A stretch of DNA of 64,000 nt from a virus. Lineage: Duplodnaviria > Caudoviricetes. Position 1 is the first letter of the stretch; each line of letters opens with the position of its first letter. Location of the stretch: the IMG/VR virus record IMGVR_UViG_3300005440_000008, positions 40,034 through 104,033 of that record; one strand, given 5' to 3'. This document shows, one piece after another, positions 1-8,800 of this stretch. The translations under genes were made by a program, and so were the position numbers. The notes under the pieces were generated by a model. That model did not search any database, was not told the origin of the DNA, and saw only the letters and a program-made list of their open reading frames with translations.

Positions 1-353
1 AAGATCCAGTGCTCGGGCGCGCGGTCATTGTTGAGCTCCTGCTGCAAGAGCTTCACGGCGGTGGCGAGCCCCTGGTTCAGGGCCGCCTCGAACACGAGCA
101 GTCCGAGGCCTTCCGGCAGCTCGTCGCCGTGGATTGGCACCCAACGGTCGCGGTGATGGATGGCGATCGCCTGGTCACGGGATGGTGGCCACGGGGAGAG
201 GGTCGGGTAGAACGTCCGCGCGATCCCGTACCAGGTCTCCTTGCCCCGGTCCCGCGGATCGTTCGAGTGCGTGCCCTCGTGGTCCGGACGGAGCGCGAAC
301 TCGACGGCAGCCAGGAAGCGCGGAGTGAATCGAGGAGGCTGAATCGGAGGCAC
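1..353 (-). CDS. Endolysin, glycoside hydrolase family 108 (partial, runs off window edge)
   Basis: Hand translation from GTG at 353: MPPIQPPRF...HEGTHSNDPRDRGKETWYGIART...VFEAALNQG...VKLLQQEL matches the GH108 EGG..NDP.D.GG.T.YGI motif. Not in the ORF track because it is truncated. Confidence 0.85.
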   Translation of the reverse strand, partial: MPPIQPPRFTPRFLAAVEFALRPDHEGTHSNDPRDRGKETWYGIARTFYPTLSPWPPSRDQAIAIHHRDRWVPIHGDELPEGLGLLVFEAALNQGLATAVKLLQQELNNDRAPEHWI

Positions 354-551
354 GCCCCTACCCTTTCTCGGACCAGCCGCAGCCCGGACAGGCCCAGGGC
401 TGCGCGGGATCCGTCTTGCGGAGCACGGCACGACACGCCGGACATCGGCGCGTCCAGATCAAACCGAAGCGAATGCAGCCCAAACTGGCCAACCCTCCAA
501 ATTGATCAAATCGTCAAACTGACACGATGCGTGACCGCCAGCCGGTTGCGG

Positions 552-1733
552 CTACAGGAGCACATCGTCGGTCTCGAGCGCCTGGCCCGTGTCGAGCGCG
601 GTCACGACGGTCCGCCCGCCGCGCATCGGATCGAGGCCGAGGTTGAGGAGCTGCAAGACTTGATTCCGATACGGGAGGTTGCCAGGGCGCCGGGGCCCGA
701 ACGTCCACGTGAAGCCGATGAAGTCGCCGACGCCCGCGTGCGCCAGCACCGGGCTCTCCACCGAGAACTCGACCCGGGCCCCCGTCGTCCGCTCGGCGAA
801 GCTCTGCCGTCGGTAGAGCACCTCCGACCAGGTCAGGAGATCGGCCGCGCGGCGCAGCCCCCGAAGGGTCATCGTCTTGCGCGCCTCGCCGTGGACGCCC
901 CGGGAGACGACGGCCTCTCGCATGGCATCCCCGGTCGTCGTGATCAGGGAGGACGGCGTCCCGCCGGCCCAGTTCTGGAGGTAGAAGAGGTCGAGCGCGT
1001 TGACGAGGCTCTCGTGCTGCCCCGTGCAGGTGACGCCCTCGTCGCCGTCCACGCAGTCGCGCGAGGCGACCACGTGGGCGACCAGCGCGGAGGCGTCGGG
1101 CAGGGCGCCGCCATCGTCCACGCTCAGCACGATGGTCCCGTCCGCCCGCATGGCCGCCCGGCCCATCACGTTGAAGAGGATCTCCTGGATCCAGGCGGCG
1201 ATGTCCCGCTCGTCGTGGACTACCCAGGCGGTGCGGTAGTCGCGCCGCTCCACGATTTCCGCCGCCGCCCGCCAGGAGGGCAGATCCACCACGCTCAGCG
1301 GGAACGCCGCGCGGCTGAAGAGCAGATCCGCCAGCTGCGAGATGGCGTTGACGATCAAGGTCCCCTCGAGGTCGGGGAAGACCGCGTCATACAGCTTGCC
1401 GCGGCCGCGCCAGGTCACGGCGTCGTCGGGCTGCGCGGCAAACGTGATCGTGGCGATCTCGCCTTGGCCCTGGTAGTCGTTCGCCAGGTTGAGTGTGAAG
1501 CCCGTGCTCTGGAGCACCGGCCCGATGTAGACCGCGGTGATGGCGTCGACGGGATGGGCCGCGGCGGCGTAGGTGAAGGTCGCCTGGTCGATCAGCACCG
1601 CGGGGCACGGTCCGGCGATCCCACCGATGGTGAGGTCCCCATAGCAATCGCCGATGATGGCGGCCGCGTCGCCCGGATCCGTGTAGCGGCCGGCGCGCAC
1701 GAGACTGAGCGGACGTCCGATCTCGATGGGCAT
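552..1733 (-). CDS. Tail-tip/baseplate hub-like protein
   Basis: 393 aa, last gene of the tail cluster downstream of the tape measure; function by position and general character. Confidence 0.6.
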   Translation of the reverse strand: MPIEIGRPLSLVRAGRYTDPGDAAAIIGDCYGDLTIGGIAGPCPAVLIDQATFTYAAAAHPVDAITAVYIGPVLQSTGFTLNLANDYQGQGEIATITFAAQPDDAVTWRGRGKLYDAVFPDLEGTLIVNAISQLADLLFSRAAFPLSVVDLPSWRAAAEIVERRDYRTAWVVHDERDIAAWIQEILFNVMGRAAMRADGTIVLSVDDGGALPDASALVAHVVASRDCVDGDEGVTCTGQHESLVNALDLFYLQNWAGGTPSSLITTTGDAMREAVVSRGVHGEARKTMTLRGLRRAADLLTWSEVLYRRQSFAERTTGARVEFSVESPVLAHAGVGDFIGFTWTFGPRRPGNLPYRNQVLQLLNLGLDPMRGGRTVVTALDTGQALETDDVLL

Positions 1734-1736
1734 CGG

Positions 1737-2186
1737 TCAGAGCCGCGCGATCTCGAGACGGAGGGCCTTCTTCGTCAGCGTCCACTGCTGGATCTGGCCG
1801 CTGACCGCGAGCAGCGCGTCGTCGGGCGAGAGATCGGGGAACGTGACGTACACCTCGGCCGCTCGCTTGAGGAGGTATTCCTGGCCCACCAGCCGGCCCA
1901 TCGCCAGGTCGGTGTTGTCGAGCTCGACGCTGACGTGGGGCAGCTCCAGCTGCGTCCACGCTCCGAGGACGGCCTGGCCGATCGGCTCGGCGCCCTGCTC
2001 GATCGGCGACATGGAGGTGATCCGCGCCCCCCGCTCGAGCACGGGCGCGTCGAACGCCCAGGCGAGCCCGGGCCAGTAGACCCCATAGATCCGATCGCCC
2101 ATCGGCAGGTGAAGCACCACGATGGGGACGAGCGCCGCGCGCGCCTCGAGCTGGTCCAGCCATGCCGGGGTGATCGGCTCGCTCAC
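1737..2186 (-). CDS. Minor tail protein (tail-tip N-terminal-like domain)
   Basis: GTG start (MSEPITPAWL...) overlaps the upstream stop (GTGA); position in tail-tip cluster. Confidence 0.55.
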   Translation of the reverse strand: MSEPITPAWLDQLEARAALVPIVVLHLPMGDRIYGVYWPGLAWAFDAPVLERGARITSMSPIEQGAEPIGQAVLGAWTQLELPHVSVELDNTDLAMGRLVGQEYLLKRAAEVYVTFPDLSPDDALLAVSGQIQQWTLTKKALRLEIARL

Positions 2187-3361
2187 GCCGTCTCGTCCCC
2201 CCGCGTGCGCGGGCGCTCCACGAAGCTGACGTCGACGCGGCGCTGCTCCGGGACGCTGGGCAGGTTCCGCGAGCTGAAGTCCCCCGCCCACTCGCAAAGG
2301 CGCACGGAGCCAAGGTCGCCCGGCTTCCGGTGCACCCAGATCGGGCGAACCGCGCCGTCGGATGCGTGGAGCCCGCGATAGGCGGCCTCGAGGGCCGTGT
2401 CCTGGGCGGCCGCGAGCGGGCCGAACGCCCAGTCGTAGCGACGGAGGCCGTTGATGATGAACTCGGCCGGGCTGGTCGGCTCGACTACGGTCGCGATCGT
2501 CTGGAACCCGAGCGGGAGCCGCACCATCGCCCAGGGGGACCACCGCTCAGCGAGCACCTCGGCCGGCGTGAGGGGGCGATTCCACGCCTTCATCCACTGC
2601 CACGTGCCGTTGATGTTGAAGCCGAAGTCTTCACCGAAGCCCCATTGCAGTGCGGTCGCGTTAGGGACTGGAAGATCGAGGGTCCCAGTGACCGGGTCTC
2701 CCAGCTGAAGCCCGTCGACGAAGAAGGTGTACACCTTGCCCGCGGTTCGCGTGACCGCCACCGTATAGAATCGGTCGTCGGTGAGGGTCTGACCGACCGT
2801 TGAAATGGCGTAGTCGTTTACAAACGGAGCGGGGTGGATCTTGAAATAGAACCGATATTGAGATGTCGCGCCGGCCAGGGCCGCGTAGTTCCAATTCCAT
2901 CGAACGCTGACGTTGGACCCCCCGTCGGTGCGACCGCAAAACGTCCGCTGGGACGCATCCGCCGTGATCAGCGTGTTGATCCGCACCGCACACATCAGGG
3001 TGAACTCGCCCGACGCGAAGTCCCAGTCACTGATGCTGTACTTGTGGTTGACGCCGAAGTTGCCGTACTGGCCCCCGCCCGATCCAATGTAAAACCCCGG
3101 TCCGTGGGGGGTACTCACGAATGCGCCGAGCGACTGCCCGCCGCCCACGTTGAACACCGCCGGTCGGTTGTAGCGGGACAGGTCCGGAAACCGAACGGCC
3201 GCCCCGCTTGGCGTGCCCGAGTCGCCCAGGAAGCCGATCGCCGACGGCCACCAGAACCCGAGGAGCCCACGGGCACGCGGGTGGTGTTCATCGAGCACCA
3301 CACCGGGGATGGGCGGGTTGCGCCCGTTCCAGAGCGGACCGAGCAGAAGCGGCCGGATCAT
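2183..3361 (-). CDS. LamG/concanavalin-A-like lectin domain fused to a captured C-terminal distal-tail domain
   Basis: LamG-like motifs (FTLMCAVRI, FYTVAVTR, FFVDG, WNRPLTPAEV); last ~90 aa align with the C-terminus of 4797..5870. Confidence 0.75.
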   Translation of the reverse strand: MIRPLLLGPLWNGRNPPIPGVVLDEHHPRARGLLGFWWPSAIGFLGDSGTPSGAAVRFPDLSRYNRPAVFNVGGGQSLGAFVSTPHGPGFYIGSGGGQYGNFGVNHKYSISDWDFASGEFTLMCAVRINTLITADASQRTFCGRTDGGSNVSVRWNWNYAALAGATSQYRFYFKIHPAPFVNDYAISTVGQTLTDDRFYTVAVTRTAGKVYTFFVDGLQLGDPVTGTLDLPVPNATALQWGFGEDFGFNINGTWQWMKAWNRPLTPAEVLAERWSPWAMVRLPLGFQTIATVVEPTSPAEFIINGLRRYDWAFGPLAAAQDTALEAAYRGLHASDGAVRPIWVHRKPGDLGSVRLCEWAGDFSSRNLPSVPEQRRVDVSFVERPRTRGDETA

Positions 3362-3979
3362 TCGTCGAAGGTCTGGGCGCTGGCCTCGACGCGAACCGAG
3401 TCGCCGGTGCTCTGGGGGCCGTAGTCGATCACCACCTCGGTGAAGGAGCCGCCGACCACCCAGATCGGATCCAGCTCATCGGCCTTACTGGTCACCGGGT
3501 CCGCCTGTCCCGCCGTGTGGGTGAAGGTGAGGGGGCGATCCAGCGTGATGACGGCGGCGGCGACCTTGGAGACCTTGCCCCATTCCTCGCGGGCGGTCCC
3601 GGGGGCGATGAGAATGCGGTCCCCGGCCAAGAACCCAGCCCCTGAGGCCAGGGTGAGCACGTTCTGGCCGGCGGCGCTATCAGACGCCACCGTCGTTGAT
3701 CCCGCCGCGATCGACCCGGAGTTCCCAAAGAACACGTTCCCCCCGTAGGCGATCGCGTCGGCATTCAGCGTCCGTCTCACGGACACGTCGATGACGGGGG
3801 CGATCACGGCCGTCCCGGTGCGACCGATCCGAATGAAGATGTAGGCCGCGACCTTCTCGGTGAGGTCGATCACCCCTCGGGCGACGCTCCCCCGGGCGAG
3901 GGTAGCGGACGGGATGATTGGGACGTTGTCTGTCCAGACCGGCGTGGGCATAGGTGGTGTGCGCTCCTTTCGTGTCTAC
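2460..3979. other. 1520-bp insertion splitting a distal-tail gene, flanked by a 3-bp AAC direct repeat
   Basis: Removing it joins ...GRWAG to FIINGLRR... in frame and restores colinearity with paralog 4797..5870. Confidence 0.7.
3358..3951 (-). CDS. Putative virion structural protein (beta-rich)
   Basis: 197 aa, AAAGGAG SD upstream, ATGA-coupled to the LamG gene. Confidence 0.55.
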   Translation of the reverse strand: MPTPVWTDNVPIIPSATLARGSVARGVIDLTEKVAAYIFIRIGRTGTAVIAPVIDVSVRRTLNADAIAYGGNVFFGNSGSIAAGSTTVASDSAAGQNVLTLASGAGFLAGDRILIAPGTAREEWGKVSKVAAAVITLDRPLTFTHTAGQADPVTSKADELDPIWVVGGSFTEVVIDYGPQSTGDSVRVEASAQTFDE

Positions 3980-4797
3980 AACCCCGCCCACCGCCCGGAC
4001 GCCATCCGACGTCGCGGCGATGCGCGGTCGATCGATTCGCGGTCGCCCAGCTCGAAGGGCGGCTCGAGGTACGGGCCGAGATAGGCCTCGCTGATCCGGA
4101 TGAACCCGTCCGGGTTTGCCGGGTCGGTGATGTCCAGGCCCCAGTAGCGATGGGTCCGTGCCGGGGGCCCCAGGTAGTGGACGAGCTGCCCGGTCGGCGC
4201 GCCGTCCTCGTCGAGGGGGATGGTCACCGGGTCGCTCACGGTGAGCGGGGTGTAGGTCGGGCTCGCCGACGCCAGCAGGCGCACCACGGCGGCAGCCGTC
4301 AGGTTGTGGTCCAGGAGCGCGAGCACGGTGGGTGTCTTGGCCGCGCCGAGGTCGGCCCGGATCCGCACGGTTGCCGTCACGTCGAGCGAGCGGAACTCGG
4401 TGTCCCGGTCGCCGTCGAGCAGCTGCTCGATGCCGTGCGGCCGCACGCCCCGGAAGCGGAACCGGTCGGGGGGCTCGTAGACGTCGCCGGACGGGAAGAG
4501 GGCGCTGACGCCGTCCGTGAGGAGGATGGCCGACGACGTCGTCAGGAGGATCGCGCTGCTGCTGAGGACGTCCGCGTCGGGCGACCAGTAGAACGTGGCC
4601 ACGCCGGAGACGCCCGGGAGATCGATCTGGATCACGTACTCGCGCTCCTGGAGGCCCGCGAACACGCCGGCGAGCTCCACGTCGCCGTCCCGGCTCTCCT
4701 TCTGCACGGCGCTCAGGACGCCGACCGCTTCCGGGCTCGCGGTCAGCACCGCCTCGAGGAGATAGTTGTCGTGGAAGAGCCGCGGGCGGATGGGCAT
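3976..4797 (-). CDS. Distal-tail-like protein, paralog B (N-terminal part of the split gene)
   Basis: Start MPIRPRLFHDN (TGATG overlap); shares DGDRDTEFR, TPTVLALLDHNL, LVHYLG and NPDG..R.SE.YLG.YLE with 4797..5870 but stops early. Confidence 0.7.
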   Translation of the reverse strand: MPIRPRLFHDNYLLEAVLTASPEAVGVLSAVQKESRDGDVELAGVFAGLQEREYVIQIDLPGVSGVATFYWSPDADVLSSSAILLTTSSAILLTDGVSALFPSGDVYEPPDRFRFRGVRPHGIEQLLDGDRDTEFRSLDVTATVRIRADLGAAKTPTVLALLDHNLTAAAVVRLLASASPTYTPLTVSDPVTIPLDEDGAPTGQLVHYLGPPARTHRYWGLDITDPANPDGFIRISEAYLGPYLEPPFELGDRESIDRASPRRRMASGRWAGL

Positions 4798-5870
4798 CAG
4801 AGGGTCCGCGGCACCTCGGCCAGGCGCGCCTCCACCGCGTAGCGCTCCGGCGAGCCGGGATGGTTCGCGCTCGGCGCGGCCGGCGACCACTCCACGAGGA
4901 CGAGCATGTCCGGATCGGCGCTGTCGAGATGCAGGAGGCCGGGCTCGGTGCGCGCCCGCGCTGCGTCGAAGAGCCCCTCGAAGATCGCGAAGAGCGCGTC
5001 CCGGTCCTCCTCGAGGAGCTGGTCCCAGTCGACCGTCAGATTCCGCGCCAGGACGGGCACCGCGACCAGCCACCGCCCGGTGACCGCGCGATCCCGCTGG
5101 ACGACCCGCTGCCACTGGCGCACGTCGCCGAGCTCGACCCGGCGCCGCGTCTCGAGATAGGTGCCGAGGTAGAGCTCGCTCCAGCGGAGGTACCCATCCG
5201 GATTCCCCGGGTTCGACACCGCCACACGCCAGTAGCGATAGGTGCGAGGCGGAGCCCCCAGGTAGTGTACGAGGGGCGACCCGGGCACGACGGGGATCGC
5301 GTCGTTCACGGCCACCGAGGCGAAGGCGTCCGCGGAGGCCTGGAGCCGGAGCGAGGCGCCGGCGACCAGGTTGTGGTCGAGCAGCGCCAACACGGTGGGG
5401 GTCACGGCCGCCGTGAAGTCCAGCGTGCAGGTCACCGGCCCGGTCCCCGCAGTCCGGAACTCGGTATCGCGGTCGGCGTCGAGCATGCGCGCCGGGCCCC
5501 AGGGCAAGTACGCGCGCCAGCGCCACACGTCGCCCGCCTCGCAGTCGGTGCTCACCCCACGGCTGAATCGGATCGTGAGCCCGAAGGACAGCGCGACGGG
5601 CAGCTCGCTCGTCAGCACGCCCGTGGCGACGAAGGTGGCGCCGTCGTCCTCCGACCACTTGAAGGTCGCGACGCCCACGTTCCCGCTGACCTCGATCTCC
5701 ACCAGGTAGTCCCGGGCGACCAGGCCGGTGTACGCGCCGGCGACCACCACGATCGAGGAGCCGAGCCCGTCTTTTCGGAGGGCGGTGATCCGCCCCGTCG
5801 CGGCTTCCGAGACCGTCAGGAGCGCGACGTCGCTGATGAGATTGTGGTTGAGCCAGCGCGTCGGGCCCAT
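4797..5870 (-). CDS. Distal-tail-like protein, paralog A
   Basis: 357 aa directly after the tape measure, TGATG coupled. Confidence 0.7.
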   Translation of the reverse strand: MGPTRWLNHNLISDVALLTVSEAATGRITALRKDGLGSSIVVVAGAYTGLVARDYLVEIEVSGNVGVATFKWSEDDGATFVATGVLTSELPVALSFGLTIRFSRGVSTDCEAGDVWRWRAYLPWGPARMLDADRDTEFRTAGTGPVTCTLDFTAAVTPTVLALLDHNLVAGASLRLQASADAFASVAVNDAIPVVPGSPLVHYLGAPPRTYRYWRVAVSNPGNPDGYLRWSELYLGTYLETRRRVELGDVRQWQRVVQRDRAVTGRWLVAVPVLARNLTVDWDQLLEEDRDALFAIFEGLFDAARARTEPGLLHLDSADPDMLVLVEWSPAAPSANHPGSPERYAVEARLAEVPRTL

Positions 5871-8800
5871 CAGAGCCGCGGGTCTCCCGCCGTGAAGCTC
5901 CGGCGGTTCCGACGCCGCAAGATCTCGTCAAACTCGCGCGCGACCTGCTCGGCGAGCCCCCGCGGATCCTTCGCGTCGCCCTGGATGGTGATGTTCACGG
6001 TGATCGCGGTCCCGCTGCCGTCGCGCCCCTCGTTCCACGCCATCAGGTCGTCATAGTGAAGCGCGGCCGCGCGGCGGTTCATGACGATCTCGCCGCCCTC
6101 CGCGAGGACAGGCACCTCGCCGCTCCCCCGGACGAGACCACCCTCGTGATACAGGCCGAGCCCGCTCGTCATGTCCGTCAGCCCGGGCGCGACGCGGAAG
6201 AGGTCCTCCGTCGAGATCCCGTGCGCGCTCATGTACGCCTGGGCGAAGCCCGGCATGCCGATCCGCATGAGCGCCCCGATGTCCCCCTGCCGGACGATGT
6301 AGTCGACGAGCTGCTTGCGCCCGTAGACGTCCTCGGCCATGAACTCGGCGAGCCGGGCCTGGAGGTCCCCTGCCCGCGCCGTGCCGTAACCCTGCGCCAT
6401 CGCGTCGAGCGCGGCCTGGGTCGTGCCGGCCGGGAGGGCGATCTGGGGGAGCGCGCTCCCGATCACGGCGGCGTCCGAGCTCGCGAAGCCCGGGTTCATC
6501 GCGCCGAACAAGCCGAGCGCGGACCGCTCGAGGTTGCCCGGCCCGATCAGGTCGTAGAGCCCCGAATGCGAGCTGACCCAGTCGAGCGGGTCGAAGCCGG
6601 CCGGCAGCCCCGCGTACTGCTGGAGCTGGCGCACGAGCCCGAGGAAGTCCTCGTTCGTCCCCGCGGGCTGCGCGGGCAGCATCACGCCGCGCGCCGCGAG
6701 CGCGTCCGCGACCCGCATGTAGCCGAAGACGGAGGCGACCTGGAGCGGGGCGATCTGCTGCTGCAGCGTGGCGATCACCTCCGGACCCAGCTCCTTGATC
6801 TGTGACGCGGCGCCGCCCGTCCCGCCCGTGCTCAAGAGGTTACTGATCGGGCTAATGGTCGCGATGCCCGCCTGCATGATCGGGAACGCGGCCTGGAGCG
6901 CGCGGAGCTGCGCGTCCGGGGCCATCGCGTTGATCTCGCCGAGCCCCGCCGTGACGGCCGCGGCCAGCTGGAGCTTCGGAAGCGCCTCGTCGAAGGCGCG
7001 CCGGATCTCGGCGCTCTCCTGGGTCTGGTTGATGACGCGCTCTTGCTCTTTGTGCAGCATGTTCATGAACGCGATCGCGCCCACGGCGGCGATGGGGGCG
7101 AGGGTGATCCCCACGCCGCTGATCACCCCACCCGCCGCGGCGAGGCCCGTCGCCGGGACGAACCCGGCCGCGCCCGCCGTGCCGACCGCCGCGGTGCCGC
7201 CGAGGAGGCCCGTCGAGAGCAGCGCTCCGGTTCCCGCCGCGGCGCCGAGGGTGCCGAAGGCGATCTGGCCCGCCCCGATCGCCCCGCCGGTCTGGATGCC
7301 CTGGTAGATGCCGTAGAGCCCGGCCAGCGCCCCGGCGGCGCCCCCCACGGCGGTCAGGGCGGTCCCCGCGCCCCCGGCGAAGCCGAGTGACGAGAGTCCC
7401 GATGACGTCTGCTCCGGGAACGTCGACGCGAGGGACGAGATCCCGCGGATTGCCTGAAGCGTCCCGAGCCCGATCCCGGCCGGGTTCCCGGACTGGCTCC
7501 CCTGGTAGATCCCCGCGAGGCCACCCCCGACATTCGCCGCGCCCGCCGCGCCGCTGAACAGACCGCCCGCGCTGTCGAGCATCCTCGACGAGGTCACGGT
7601 ATCGTTGAGCCCAATCCAAGGCCCCGCCCCCGTTGGGACGTCGCCGCCGAAGACGCCTCCGTAGGTCGGATCTGCCCCCGCGCTCAGTGGCATTGCAACC
7701 GTGGTCATCCCGCTGTAATCGATGCCGGCGCCAACAGACCCGAAATCGAAATTCCCAAAGTCAAACCCGCTCGTATCGAGCGACGTGCCGCCGAGCGTCG
7801 CGCCACCCCAATCGAAGCCGCCGGTCGTCCCGCTGAAGTTCCCCGCGGCGTCGAAGATGCCCGGGGCGCCCGTATTACCCCCGACAATCGTCCCGCCCGC
7901 GGACGTATTTGGCGTCACAAACGCTCCAGAGCCGTTAGAACCGCCGCCAAATACCTTGAGGACCCCACCGAGAAGTCCTCCGGCTCCACCGATCGTCGAG
8001 CCGTCGACGCTGAATCCGCCGCCGCTCCCGCCGGTGCCGCCGATGGTGATCCCGCCGCCCCCGCTTGAGCCGAACAGCACGTTGGACAGGAAGCCCAGGA
8101 AAGCCTTCACCGCGGCCGACGCCAGGAAGTCCGTGATCGTCCGCAGCATCGACTGGCCGAGCTGCTTGAAGACGTCCATCAGGCTCTTCGTCTCGCCGGT
8201 GATCACGTTGAAGAAGAGGTCGGACAGCGAGCGCGTCATGGACGAGGCAATGCCCCGGAGCATCCGGTCGATCCCTTCCCAGACCGTGTCCATCTCCGCG
8301 CCGATCAGGCGCACCGTGCCGATCACGAAGCCGGCGTAGTCGCCGACGAACTGGGCCCGCTGCTGATAGGTCGCCGCCTCCTGGATGGCGAGCGCCTTCT
8401 GCATCCCGTTCAGCGCCCGGAGCGCGTTCAGCTCGCGGTCGCGCTGCCGCAGGATCGCGTCTGCCGTCTTGGCGGCGATCTCGATCTCGCGGATGCTCGC
8501 GTCCTCGAACCCCTTCAGACGCTCCGCCGCGATCGCGGCGGCATTGTCCATGTCCTGCTCGCGCAGCGCCTGCAGCTTCTGGATGGTGCCGGCCTCGATG
8601 GCCAGGCGCTTGCGCTCCGTGTCGTCCCAACCCTTCAGCTTGGCGAGGTTCGCGTCGACGGTGACCTGGACCTCGGCCTGCCGGGCGGACTCCTCGGCCG
8701 CGAAGCGCTTGCCGGTGAGCCGCTGGATCGCGGCGTCGTACTCCTCCTGCGAGAGGCGCCGGCGTGAGAGCGAGTCGTCCAGGAACCGCTGAAGCGCGTC

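Noticed and set aside
9-2381. 790-aa plus-strand ORF, and other long plus-strand ORFs (e.g. 28826..30754, 30486..33329, 37603..39315)
   Set aside because: Antisense shadows of well-supported minus-strand genes in GC-rich DNA; Arg/Pro/Ala-rich with no recognisable motifs
2460-3979. Insertion as a self-splicing intron or IS element
   Set aside because: No group I (U before the 5' site, terminal G) or group II (GUGYG...AY) boundaries, no transposase or terminal inverted repeats; almost fully protein-coding
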